In this document: one piece after another, positions 17,916-24,712 of the stretch | Numbering within the stretch: position 1 is the stretch's first letter | How the letters are laid out: every line of letters begins with the position of its first letter | IMG/VR virus record: IMGVR_UViG_3300022178_000319 | Coordinates: 1 to 31,574 of that record | DNA length: 31,574 bases | From: a virus | Taxonomy: Duplodnaviria; Caudoviricetes | Reading direction: 5' to 3' (one strand) | Notes under the pieces: generated by a model | Databases searched by the model: none | What the model saw: only the letters and a program-made list of their open reading frames with translations | Told to the model about the DNA's origin: nothing | Translations under genes and position numbers: made by a program

Positions 17916-18189
17916 TCGTAAGCTGTATGACGACAGGTGGCAGGTCAGTGACTTCGGTCTGCTCTTCTTTCATGTCTGGCAGGTACTTGTTGAGTAGTCT
18001 GATGCGTTGCTCGTTTGCAATTTTAAGCTGTTGAAGGCGCTTGTCGAAGTGCTGGTCAGACTCAGGGTCTAGCTGTTCGATTTTCTCAATGTTATCAAAG
18101 ACGTAGTCAAGCCGACCTCGCTCTGCCAAATAGCTTCTGAGTTCGTCCTGCCTGATACCTCTTTCTCGTTGCGCTCTAGTCTTCGCCAT
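17890..18189 (-). CDS. terS: Probable terminase small subunit
   Basis: Overlaps the TerL start; helical 99 aa with LLNKYLPD motif. Confidence 0.7.
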   Translation of the reverse strand: MAKTRAQRERGIRQDELRSYLAERGRLDYVFDNIEKIEQLDPESDQHFDKRLQQLKIANEQRIRLLNKYLPDMKEEQTEVTDLPPVVIQLTNATDPAAV

Positions 18190-18391
18190 CGTCTATTGGT
18201 GACGGTATACCTGCGGCCCACAATAGGCCATACGTTTGCCCGTCTCTTACCTCTCCGCGTTTGATGTCTTGGTCTGACATGGGGTACGTCTCTACCGCGC
18301 CGTCATCAAATGCGACGAGATAGCTACCTTCATTCCTTGGCATACTGCCTTGCTCTACAGGATGCCAGTCTATCGTTACGGTCTGCAACAT
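18176..18391 (-). CDS. Hypothetical protein (likely start MLQTV)
   Basis: GGGGA SD before the ATG at 18391; W..V....P..EGSYLV motif. Confidence 0.65.
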   Translation of the reverse strand: MLQTVTIDWHPVEQGSMPRNEGSYLVAFDDGAVETYPMSDQDIKRGEVRDGQTYGLLWAAGIPSPIDDGED

Positions 18392-18409
18392 ATAGTATCC
18401 CCTGCTCAT

Positions 18410-18418
18410 ATTATACCA
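18410..18418 (-). promoter_or_regulatory. Extended -10 promoter candidate (TGGTATAAT) at the start of the packaging operon
   Basis: In an AT-rich intergenic region downstream of the early-region terminator. Confidence 0.6.
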
Positions 18419-18482
18419 ATATATGCTAAAAAGTTGCGGACAATAAATAACGCCTATTTAATTGCCGCTAAATTACAGGCAT

Positions 18483-18505
18483 AAAAAAGCCCGCACGAAG
18501 CGGGC
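18483..18505 (-). terminator. Rho-independent terminator ending the early/middle region
   Basis: GCCCGC-TTCGT-GCGGGC followed by TTTTTT. Confidence 0.85.
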
Positions 18506-18530
18506 AAGGGGTTTCTCACACCCAAGGAAG

Positions 18531-18746
18531 CTACGGACGGTAGCGTACTATTTCTAGTGGTGGTTCTTCGTTACTACTGAGCTTTACAACTTTAAAGTCT
18601 GTCAGTATGGCGACGTCTTCTTGCCATCTCAAAGCCATCGCCTCTGCCGCCCTTACTGCGATGATCCAGTCTTCCATGTCCTCGTTACTAAGTGAGACAA
18701 GCCTTTCTATAAATGCCTCGCCAGTCAGGATGCCCGTCCCTGCCAT
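18531..18746 (-). CDS. Hypothetical protein (start uncertain)
   Basis: GGGAG SD 7 nt before the ATG at 18746. Confidence 0.5.
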   Translation of the reverse strand: MAGTGILTGEAFIERLVSLSNEDMEDWIIAVRAAEAMALRWQEDVAILTDFKVVKLSSNEEPPLEIVRYRP

Positions 18747-18891
18747 TTGTTTTCTCCCACAAGTCAACGAATTCGCAATAGATGTCTTCTTGAGCGACAG
18801 CATCTTCGTAATCACCCTGCCCAACTATCCCGAATGCTATCACTACTAGCAAGAAAATCACCGCATATTTGATGTTCGGATGTAAGTGCAT
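18688..18891 (-). CDS. Small membrane-anchored hypothetical protein
   Basis: N-terminal hydrophobic stretch YAVIFLLVVIAFGIVG; two Cys in the soluble part. Confidence 0.6.
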   Translation of the reverse strand: MHLHPNIKYAVIFLLVVIAFGIVGQGDYEDAVAQEDIYCEFVDLWEKTNGRDGHPDWRGIYRKACLT

Positions 18892-19036
18892 CGACGTACC
18901 CCTTCAGTTTTGGATTGTTTTTTAGTTTTTGCAACGCTCGAATTTCGATTGTTCTGATTGTTTGACGGCTGACACCCATAACGTCCGCGATTTCTTGATG
19001 CGTCATGTTGTAGCCGAAGTCTAAAGCCCGCGCCAT
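18812..19036 (-). CDS. Sigma-70 region 4-like HTH protein
   Basis: MTHQEIADVMGVSRQTIRTIEIRALQKLK; true start at a TAATG overlap with GGAGG SD. Confidence 0.8.
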   Translation of the reverse strand: MARALDFGYNMTHQEIADVMGVSRQTIRTIEIRALQKLKNNPKLKGYVDALTSEHQICGDFLASSDSIRDSWAG

Positions 19037-19182
19037 TAGTCCTCCCACACCTCTAATGAACCTTCGTTCATGTCGCACAAGCTAAGATCGCCAGCCTTGT
19101 ACGCCTCCATTTCTGATTCGTACTCAGGCTCAGACGTGTACGCCTCGCCACCGTCCCGACCAATGATCGTGTATCCCCACAT
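19036..19182 (-). CDS. 48-aa acidic hypothetical protein
   Basis: Below the ORF-track cutoff: MWGYTIIGRDGGEAYTSEPEYESEMEAYKAGDLSLCDMNEGSLEVWED; GGGAG SD; stop coupled to the next start. Confidence 0.7.
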   Translation of the reverse strand: MWGYTIIGRDGGEAYTSEPEYESEMEAYKAGDLSLCDMNEGSLEVWED

Positions 19183-19186
19183 GATT

Positions 19187-20107
19187 TTATCTCCCTTCTG
19201 ATTGATTTATTGCTTTTCCTATTAACTCAGGTATTGGCGGCACTACCGCATTGCCTAAGCATTTAAGTCTGTGTGGCCTAGAGGGAATCCCATCAGCCAC
19301 TCGACCCACATCGGGTTCAGCTTCCCACCCGCTTGCGCCGCTAATGTTGGCGTATTGCGCTCGTATTCCGCTGGATAAGCACCCTCTTTCGCGTTGTGTG
19401 CTGTTGGTGTCGGCCAAAATACCGCTTCCCTTAACGCCGCCTTCGGATGCCCTGGCTCCTCTATCCGTTTTTTGGACGCACTCCCCGAATCCGATGCTGT
19501 TGGAGTCGGAAACATCCTCGCGTATTGCTGAAGGGATAATTGCGCCCTGTGTCCGCTCGGCCTGATCGGCTTCCAGTTGCCCGTTGTCCCGCCTGTACTC
19601 GCCGCTGGGGTAGGCAATAATCCAGATCCTATCTCTGTGATGGTGCGCGCCAAGTTCGGAAGCTGGTATACAGTGCCACTCCGCATCATACCCGAGCGCG
19701 GAAATGTCCCACAATACTCGCTTAAACCAATCTCCCCTGTGTCCATTAAGCAAGTTTGTGACGTTTTCAAAGATGGCGTATTTAGGTCGAATGTCCCCAA
19801 GTAAACGGGCGCACTCTGACCATAGACCGCTTCGCGTTCCGTCTTGTATTCCTGCCTGGTTTCCTGAGACGCTAATGTCTTGGCAGGGGAAGCCTCCTGT
19901 AATGACATCGACTCTAATTCCGTCTGAAGCCAGTCGCTCTGCTGTGATTGTTCGTACATCGTCATAAATAGGAACCTCCGGCCAATTCTTTTTCAGCACC
20001 TTTTGTGCGTATGGCTCTATCTCGCAAAACGCGACAGTCTCAAAGCCTGCGCGCTCTAGTCCTAGCGTAAAGCCGCCGATGCCTGCAAATAAGTCTAGTG
20101 TCTTCAT
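19187..20107 (-). CDS. C5-cytosine DNA methyltransferase, large (alpha) polypeptide with motifs I-VIII and X
   Basis: FAGIGG (I), GFPCQD (IV), ENV (VI), HHRDRIW (VIII), LGNAVVP (X); motif IX is absent from this frame. Confidence 0.95.
   Translation of the reverse strand: MKTLDLFAGIGGFTLGLERAGFETVAFCEIEPYAQKVLKKNWPEVPIYDDVRTITAERLASDGIRVDVITGGFPCQDISVSGNQAGIQDGTRSGLWSECARLLGDIRPKYAIFENVTNLLNGHRGDWFKRVLWDISALGYDAEWHCIPASELGAHHHRDRIWIIAYPSGEYRRDNGQLEADQAERTQGAIIPSAIREDVSDSNSIGFGECVQKTDRGARASEGGVKGSGILADTNSTQRERGCLSSGIRAQYANISGASGWEAEPDVGRVADGIPSRPHRLKCLGNAVVPPIPELIGKAINQSEGR
19255..19965 (-). CDS. Nested +1-frame methyltransferase small (beta) polypeptide with motif IX and PTP repeats
   Basis: 236-codon frame fully inside alpha; GGAGGT SD at 19979-19974, 8 nt before the ATG; C-terminal KLNPMWVEWLMGFPLGHT resembles motif IX. 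Confidence 0.8.
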   Translation of the reverse strand: MTMYEQSQQSDWLQTELESMSLQEASPAKTLASQETRQEYKTEREAVYGQSAPVYLGTFDLNTPSLKTSQTCLMDTGEIGLSEYCGTFPRSGMMRSGTVYQLPNLARTITEIGSGLLPTPAASTGGTTGNWKPIRPSGHRAQLSLQQYARMFPTPTASDSGSASKKRIEEPGHPKAALREAVFWPTPTAHNAKEGAYPAEYERNTPTLAAQAGGKLNPMWVEWLMGFPLGHTDLNA

Positions 20108-20113
20108 ACAGCA

Positions 20114-20142
20114 AATCTACTACCTACAATTATCCTTTGCAA
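20114..20142 (-). promoter_or_regulatory. Sigma70-type promoter candidate giving a leaderless methyltransferase mRNA
   Basis: TTGCAA-17 nt-TAGATT-6 nt-ATG, A-tract upstream, no SD. Confidence 0.6.
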
Positions 20143-20213
20143 GCACTTTGTTATCTTTTTTTGATAATTAATCAGGGGAAGGGCTTTTGCCTGAGTAGGC
20201 AATGACAGATCAG

Positions 20214-20402
20214 TTACCCGTAGTGTCGGGCAATCTCTGCGATGAAGTGGTCTTCGTTGGGGTGACGTGACAGTCGCTTGAGGTATTCTTCCTCACCGAT
20301 GCCCTTGTCTCTGCCCAATCGAGCCAGTAGCTCTGCGGTCTTGTCAGTAACGACTATGTGGTGCCGCTCTGCAAAAAACTGTCTTTGGCTTTGTACACAC
20401 AT
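20214..20402 (-). CDS. Hypothetical 62-aa protein
   Basis: GAGGA SD and a TGATATAAT element upstream. Confidence 0.65.
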   Translation of the reverse strand: MCVQSQRQFFAERHHIVVTDKTAELLARLGRDKGIGEEEYLKRLSRHPNEDHFIAEIARHYG

Positions 20403-20427
20403 AACAACATCCTCTTGTTACGTGGTT

Positions 20428-20436
20428 ATTATATCA
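20428..20436 (-). promoter_or_regulatory. Extended -10 promoter candidate (TGATATAAT)
   Basis: Intergenic perfect TGnTATAAT. Confidence 0.55.
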
Positions 20437-20447
20437 AAAGAGGGCAA

Positions 20448-20831
20448 TCAGTTGTAAGAAATCATCACATAGTCAGAGTCTTGCTCTTTGAGCTTGATCT
20501 GCTCGCGGTAGTGCTTGGCTATCTCGTCACGGACCGCCTTGCTTTCCTTGAAGATGGCAAGCGACTTCTCGCGCAATATCTCCATGTGGCCTTCGCCTAA
20601 ATAGTCGTTGCACCAATCCGCAAACATTATTGGCGACTCAGTGAAAAGTCGGTGGCAGGTATAACAGCCGGTCAATAAATTATCGAGCGAATAGCGGACC
20701 GCTTTGTTTCTGCGCCCATAGATGTGCATTGCCTGATTCGTCTCTGTGTTGCCACATCGCACACAAGCGCCGTCACGTAGCCTTACCGCCTTGCTACACC
20801 AGATGTCGGCGTTCGTTCGCTTTATCGCCAT
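20448..20831 (-). CDS. NinG/Rap-like HNH-fold Zn nuclease
   Basis: S.AVRLRD..CVRCG, H...R....RY...N....CYTCH; likely start MAIKR at 20831. Confidence 0.75.
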   Translation of the reverse strand: MAIKRTNADIWCSKAVRLRDGACVRCGNTETNQAMHIYGRRNKAVRYSLDNLLTGCYTCHRLFTESPIMFADWCNDYLGEGHMEILREKSLAIFKESKAVRDEIAKHYREQIKLKEQDSDYVMISYN

Positions 20832-20970
20832 AGTAAGTCTCTTGAGTGAATTGTCGTTCGCGTAGTATTGCTCTTTCAGTGTGACCGCAATCACAAGCCC
20901 AGCCTTCGAGCTTGCCGTCGGGTCGGGTAAACATCGGCACCATGTCGTTATGGCACTCAGTGCATCTCAT
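20794..20970 (-). CDS. 58-aa Zn-ribbon-like protein
   Basis: Below the track cutoff: MRCTECHNDMVPMFTRPDGKLEGWACDCGHTE...; fills the operon gap. Confidence 0.6.
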   Translation of the reverse strand: MRCTECHNDMVPMFTRPDGKLEGWACDCGHTERAILRERQFTQETYYGDKANERRHLV

Positions 20971-21199
20971 GATCTTCTCGCATTTCTGACATAGGGGTTA
21001 TCAGTGCCGCCAGCCAGTTCTGCGTAAACGAGTCGATGTCCACGTCAATGGTAATGCCTTCGGGACACATGACGTCAACGTAAACATCCGTTAGTTCGTT
21101 GTTGCGCATATTGCTGGTCGCACCCATGATCGCTTCTAGCCTGCAAACAACCGACCCACCATCGGGTAGGGGCATCGAGAGGATTGGGAGTTTTGTCAT
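20957..21199 (-). CDS. Hypothetical protein (start MTKLP)
   Basis: ATGA overlap with the phosphoesterase stop; GAGG SD. Confidence 0.65.
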   Translation of the reverse strand: MTKLPILSMPLPDGGSVVCRLEAIMGATSNMRNNELTDVYVDVMCPEGITIDVDIDSFTQNWLAALITPMSEMREDHEMH

Positions 21200-22356
21200 T
21201 GCAGTGCCTCGATACCAACTTTGAACCGGCTGAACTCGCCGTATTCTTTGTCTAATACTACACAAGAAATAGATCGTTGTGACCCGTAGCCTGCGCCTGA
21301 GTGCCATGCGTCGTTGGGCGGTAATACAGACCATGATTCCCACGTTAGTCCGCCAAGCTCTTCAGCCTGCTTATGGTGGATATGACCAGTCCATGCGAAG
21401 CGATATTTCGTGCGGCCCCACTCTTGCGGGTAGTCGCGTGTGATTGCCTCGTACAGTTGGCGAGTGCGTATCTTGTCGCCGTGGTGCGTAATCACGAAGT
21501 TGTTGCCCCACTCGAAGTGAATGAACTTGTTGAAGTTATCGAACACCTTTACGCGCTTCTCTTTCTCGTAGTACATCCGAAGCATCTCGTTCAGCCACAG
21601 TGCGGCATCTGGGTCGTGATTGCCTCGTGCGTTGATTAGCCATACCTCGTCATACTGCTGAAGCATCCGAGTCACAATGATTTGGAATAGGTTGCCTGCG
21701 GCCCTGATGGTCTTGCCTGCCCTGCCATCGACGTCAAGGGACGTGCCTGCGCCTGTCTCGCCTTTTAAGTTATTAGCATGGATCATGTCGCCGACGTTGA
21801 GCAAGACGCCTACAGAGCAATCGCCAGTGCTTGCTACGAGCTTGTCCACGCCTTTAATCAGTGTTTCTTGCGCTATCTGCAAGTCCCAGGGGTCGCCGCC
21901 TGTCTCTGGACTCCATGCCAACATCCCAAGATGATGGTCGCCAACGATTGTGACTGCCATGCGGTCTTTGTGTTTTTGTGCTTTGCTTTTCTTGATCGGC
22001 TTTGCCAAGCCTTTGAGGTCGTCTTTTAATCCTTGTTTAAAGTGATCCAACGCGACTTGCAGTGCGTGTTCTTTGTCAGACTGGCTCTTAACCCATTGGC
22101 CGACCGGCTTGCCTTCATCGTTGTAGTAGGTCGATACGCCCTTCACGCTGAAGCCATCAGGGACAGTGTGAATCATGTCGTGATCGGGCGAGTGACCTTG
22201 CGTGGCGGCCTTGCCCTTTACATTTTTTATGATGTCACGAGCAGAGTATTTTCCTATCCCTAATGTGTCACCAATTTTCTGGTAGCCTAACCCCTCTTCA
22301 TGCAGAGTGATGACCTTGCGCTGATGCTCAGTTGTACAAAACTGCAATAAGCTCAT
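21196..22356 (-). CDS. HTH-fused calcineurin-like metallophosphoesterase
   Basis: GDHHLG, VGDMIH, GNHD, HHGD and GHIHH metal-binding motifs; N-terminal HTH (GLGYQKIGDTLGIGKYSARD). Confidence 0.85.
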   Translation of the reverse strand: MSLLQFCTTEHQRKVITLHEEGLGYQKIGDTLGIGKYSARDIIKNVKGKAATQGHSPDHDMIHTVPDGFSVKGVSTYYNDEGKPVGQWVKSQSDKEHALQVALDHFKQGLKDDLKGLAKPIKKSKAQKHKDRMAVTIVGDHHLGMLAWSPETGGDPWDLQIAQETLIKGVDKLVASTGDCSVGVLLNVGDMIHANNLKGETGAGTSLDVDGRAGKTIRAAGNLFQIIVTRMLQQYDEVWLINARGNHDPDAALWLNEMLRMYYEKEKRVKVFDNFNKFIHFEWGNNFVITHHGDKIRTRQLYEAITRDYPQEWGRTKYRFAWTGHIHHKQAEELGGLTWESWSVLPPNDAWHSGAGYGSQRSISCVVLDKEYGEFSRFKVGIEALQ

Positions 22357-22358
22357 GC

Positions 22359-22796
22359 TTATCCCCCCAGTTTGGTGTACTCACTATTCTGAGGTTTGGT
22401 TAATTTGACACCTAGATCAATGCACCACGCCTCTACTCGTTCCATGAATTGTAACATTTCTCCCCGATCAAGCGCCGAAGTGCGTCGAACCTGCGCCGGT
22501 ATGTTCGTACTGCCTACTTCAATATCCTCTGTGCCGAGGAACTTGTACTTCACCATCAGCTTTAATTCTTCCTCTGTGCCGGTAAAGCCGCCCTTCTTTT
22601 TGAAGTGTCTGAGCATATCCCTAACCCACACATGGAACAGATCATTCTGACTCAGTGAGCGGCGCGGCTTGTACTCTTTAACCTGCCACGACACCGGCTT
22701 ATCCCAGCACCATTCTGTATCAAGAAATTTCTTGAAAGCCGCAATTCGATCTTTAACTTCTATCGGGTCTTTTATTAGCCAAAATTCGCCAAACAT
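22359..22796 (-). CDS. ninB: NinB/Orf-like recombination mediator
   Basis: RRSLSQNDLFHVW and RTSALDRGEM..FMERVEAW...GV motifs. Confidence 0.75.
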   Translation of the reverse strand: MFGEFWLIKDPIEVKDRIAAFKKFLDTEWCWDKPVSWQVKEYKPRRSLSQNDLFHVWVRDMLRHFKKKGGFTGTEEELKLMVKYKFLGTEDIEVGSTNIPAQVRRTSALDRGEMLQFMERVEAWCIDLGVKLTKPQNSEYTKLGG

Positions 22797-23287
22797 TTTG
22801 CGCCCCTTGCCATCTCCATAAGTTGATCTAAAGGCACAAGTCTATGCTGTGGCATTGCATAGGTCATCTTGTAGCCTTCACCAAGCCGGTCTAAGTTTTC
22901 TGGCTGACGTATTACATTGACGTGTGCCAAGCCGCCGCATCTCCAAATGTTTTTTTCACCGCACATAAGCACATAGATGTCACAGAGCTTTCGCTTGTCA
23001 GTCTCTAGTAAGAGCCGACCGTTTGGCCTCTTCGTAGCTTTAACGTCTATTGTGTAACCCATCCATTCACAATCTGCGACTTGGGGAGTGTCACTAAAGT
23101 CTGGACGTACCCCGATCAACTTGCAGAAGGCCATCTCTGCCGCCATGCCGTTAGTCTCAACTTCATACTGGCTGTCAGTCTTTGACATCTTTCGATTCTT
23201 CGCACCCATTGCTCTGGCCGCATGGTATCGCCTCATGCCCACCTGACAAGCAACGCTGTATTCAGCATCAGTCAACTCAATTATCAT
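22775..23287 (-). CDS. PD-(D/E)xK nuclease-fold protein
   Basis: G.AAE.AF...D.....TIDVKAT pattern. Confidence 0.6.
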   Translation of the reverse strand: MIIELTDAEYSVACQVGMRRYHAARAMGAKNRKMSKTDSQYEVETNGMAAEMAFCKLIGVRPDFSDTPQVADCEWMGYTIDVKATKRPNGRLLLETDKRKLCDIYVLMCGEKNIWRCGGLAHVNVIRQPENLDRLGEGYKMTYAMPQHRLVPLDQLMEMARGAKCLANFG

Positions 23288-23658
23288 CGCGTCACCCTCT
23301 CTCCGCTGTAGGTTACATACTGCCCAAACCGATTGAGGCAGGACTGCCGGTAACTTTCGCTCTGCATGAAGTCGTGCGTGCAGTCATCAAGCTGGGTCCA
23401 CTTCTTCATTGGTATCTTGCCGCTTTCTTTCTCTGCCTCTTGAACAAACGGACTGCCGCCTTTTTGGTTTGCCCGTGACAGCCATGAGTTAATAAAGCGG
23501 GGCATCCCCCGCTCTGTCTTCCGCTTAGGCTCATTAGAGTCAAGCCATACAGCCATCACGTTAAGCTCTGCAAATACGTCAACCTCTGGGTATGCGTGTT
23601 GCCAGCCTAGAAGTTGCTCGTCTGTTGGTTGCCAATCAGTGCCTGCTTTTGTTTTCAT
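23284..23658 (-). CDS. Protein resembling the C-terminal domain of phage replication initiators
   Basis: W..AYP.VDV..EL..M..WL.SN..KRKT..GM.RFINSWL.R motif; GGGAG SD before the ATG at 23658. Confidence 0.65.
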   Translation of the reverse strand: MKTKAGTDWQPTDEQLLGWQHAYPEVDVFAELNVMAVWLDSNEPKRKTERGMPRFINSWLSRANQKGGSPFVQEAEKESGKIPMKKWTQLDDCTHDFMQSESYRQSCLNRFGQYVTYSGERVTR

Positions 23659-23908
23659 CGACATCTCCCTCTTCGCCTTGCATTGCCTTTTGGCCTTCAA
23701 GCATAAACTGCATGACAAAAATCCAATTTTCCAACAGGTTAATGCGCTGTTCTACTGACCATTCCTCAAACCACCCAGCAGAAAAATTTACCTCTCCCTC
23801 TAGTTCAGTGTAAGCAACCCTGCAACCTAGCTTTACACTAGCATCCAACACTGTTTGGTACATTTGATTAATCTCTACGAATTCCAGACTTTCTTTTTTC
23901 GAACCCAT
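23636..23908 (-). CDS. Hypothetical 90-aa acidic protein
   Basis: AGGAG SD before the ATG at 23908. Confidence 0.6.
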   Translation of the reverse strand: MGSKKESLEFVEINQMYQTVLDASVKLGCRVAYTELEGEVNFSAGWFEEWSVEQRINLLENWIFVMQFMLEGQKAMQGEEGDVDENKSRH

Positions 23909-23935
23909 TTCCCTTCTCCTTTTTTTAGACAATAG

Positions 23936-24268
23936 AAATCATTAGAGGCGGTTGTTGCCCTATACAAGTATCTAGCTGGTCCATCATTCATACAGTATCA
24001 GTGCAGATAATTAACGGCTCTGCCAGACCGCGCCCTTACTACATGGCAACATAACCACTGTTCGTCCCCGCCTCTAAAGGTCGTAGGAATGATTTGGCTT
24101 TCTTGAGCGACTGCACCTGAGACAGCACTATTTGACTAGGCTCGACTAGGCACTCATTTAGGTGGGATAGGTGAGATAGGTGTACAGACAGCTAGATTGC
24201 TGTACAATTCTTCCTATCCTCTGAGTGCAATCTAAGGATGCCACAAGCGTATACCCTTCCGCAAGTGG
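23936..24268 (-). ncRNA. Candidate structured RNA or ssDNA element (possible origin)
   Basis: Largest non-coding gap (23909-24298), with several nested inverted repeats; G-U pairs favour the minus strand. Confidence 0.55.
24134..24182. repeat. Iteron-like short direct repeats
   Basis: GACTAGGC x2 at 10-bp period (24134, 24144) and TAGGTG x3 at 9-bp period (24159, 24168, 24177). Confidence 0.6.
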
Positions 24269-24272
24269 TTCG

Positions 24273-24300
24273 GGGCCACCTAAGACGTGGCCCTTGTTTT
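24273..24300 (+). terminator. Terminator-like hairpin oriented for an antisense (+) transcript
   Basis: GGGCCAC-CTAAGAC-GTGGCCC followed by TTGTTTT on the + strand only. Confidence 0.5.
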
Positions 24301-24499
24301 ACCCCTCCTTACCAAGCAAGTGATACATAGCGTAACGCTTGCCATCTTTGTTTTTGATTTCTGTACGAATGTCGTGACCGCTCATGCGAAGCTCATTAAT
24401 CCGCGCCGCTAACCGAAAACAACCGTAGTCATTCAAGGCATCCATTGCAGTGATCGGCTTGCTTGTTAAGTGGTCAAGAATTTGCATTGTGTGACTCAT
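24299..24499 (-). CDS. Winged HTH DNA-binding protein (HTH_39-like)
   Basis: ILDHL....ITAMDAL..YGCFRLAARINELR..GHDI.T motif. Confidence 0.8.
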   Translation of the reverse strand: MSHTMQILDHLTSKPITAMDALNDYGCFRLAARINELRMSGHDIRTEIKNKDGKRYAMYHLLGKEG

Positions 24500-24502
24500 G
24501 CC

Positions 24503-24712
24503 TTATCTCCCTAATCTCTCAAACTCATCAATCGTCAAATTAAGCCGGTCGCACAACTTAACAACGCGGCTAAACTTCATATCCTCTTGATGACGCCATC
24601 GGCTAATCTGCACCTTTGACACGTTGAACTCCTTTGCCAGTTGGTCGTTAGACACGCCCGACAATACCTGCGCCTTCTGCAACGCTACCCCTGTTTTAGA
24701 ACGGCAGATCAT
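24503..24712 (-). CDS. Cro/XRE-like HTH protein
   Basis: SNDQLAKEFNVSKVQISRWR; AGGAG SD. Confidence 0.75.
   Translation of the reverse strand: MICRSKTGVALQKAQVLSGVSNDQLAKEFNVSKVQISRWRHQEDMKFSRVVKLCDRLNLTIDEFERLGR

Noticed and set aside
19251-19967. + strand ORFs over the methyltransferase as a third coding layer
   Set aside because: Short, without motifs or RBS, and explained as shadows of the double-coding region.
22775-23287. Cognate restriction endonuclease for the methyltransferase
   Set aside because: It is not adjacent, sits in the replication/nin operon, and the fold call alone does not support an R-M pairing.
23990-24030. GAGCCG and CUGAU segments as group II intron domain V or a hammerhead core
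   Set aside because: No complementary CGGUUC arm, no CUGANGA/GAAA pair, and no reverse transcriptase in the window.
24134-24182. Short repeats as a mini-CRISPR array
   Set aside because: Units are 6-8 nt with no spacers, and there are no cas genes.
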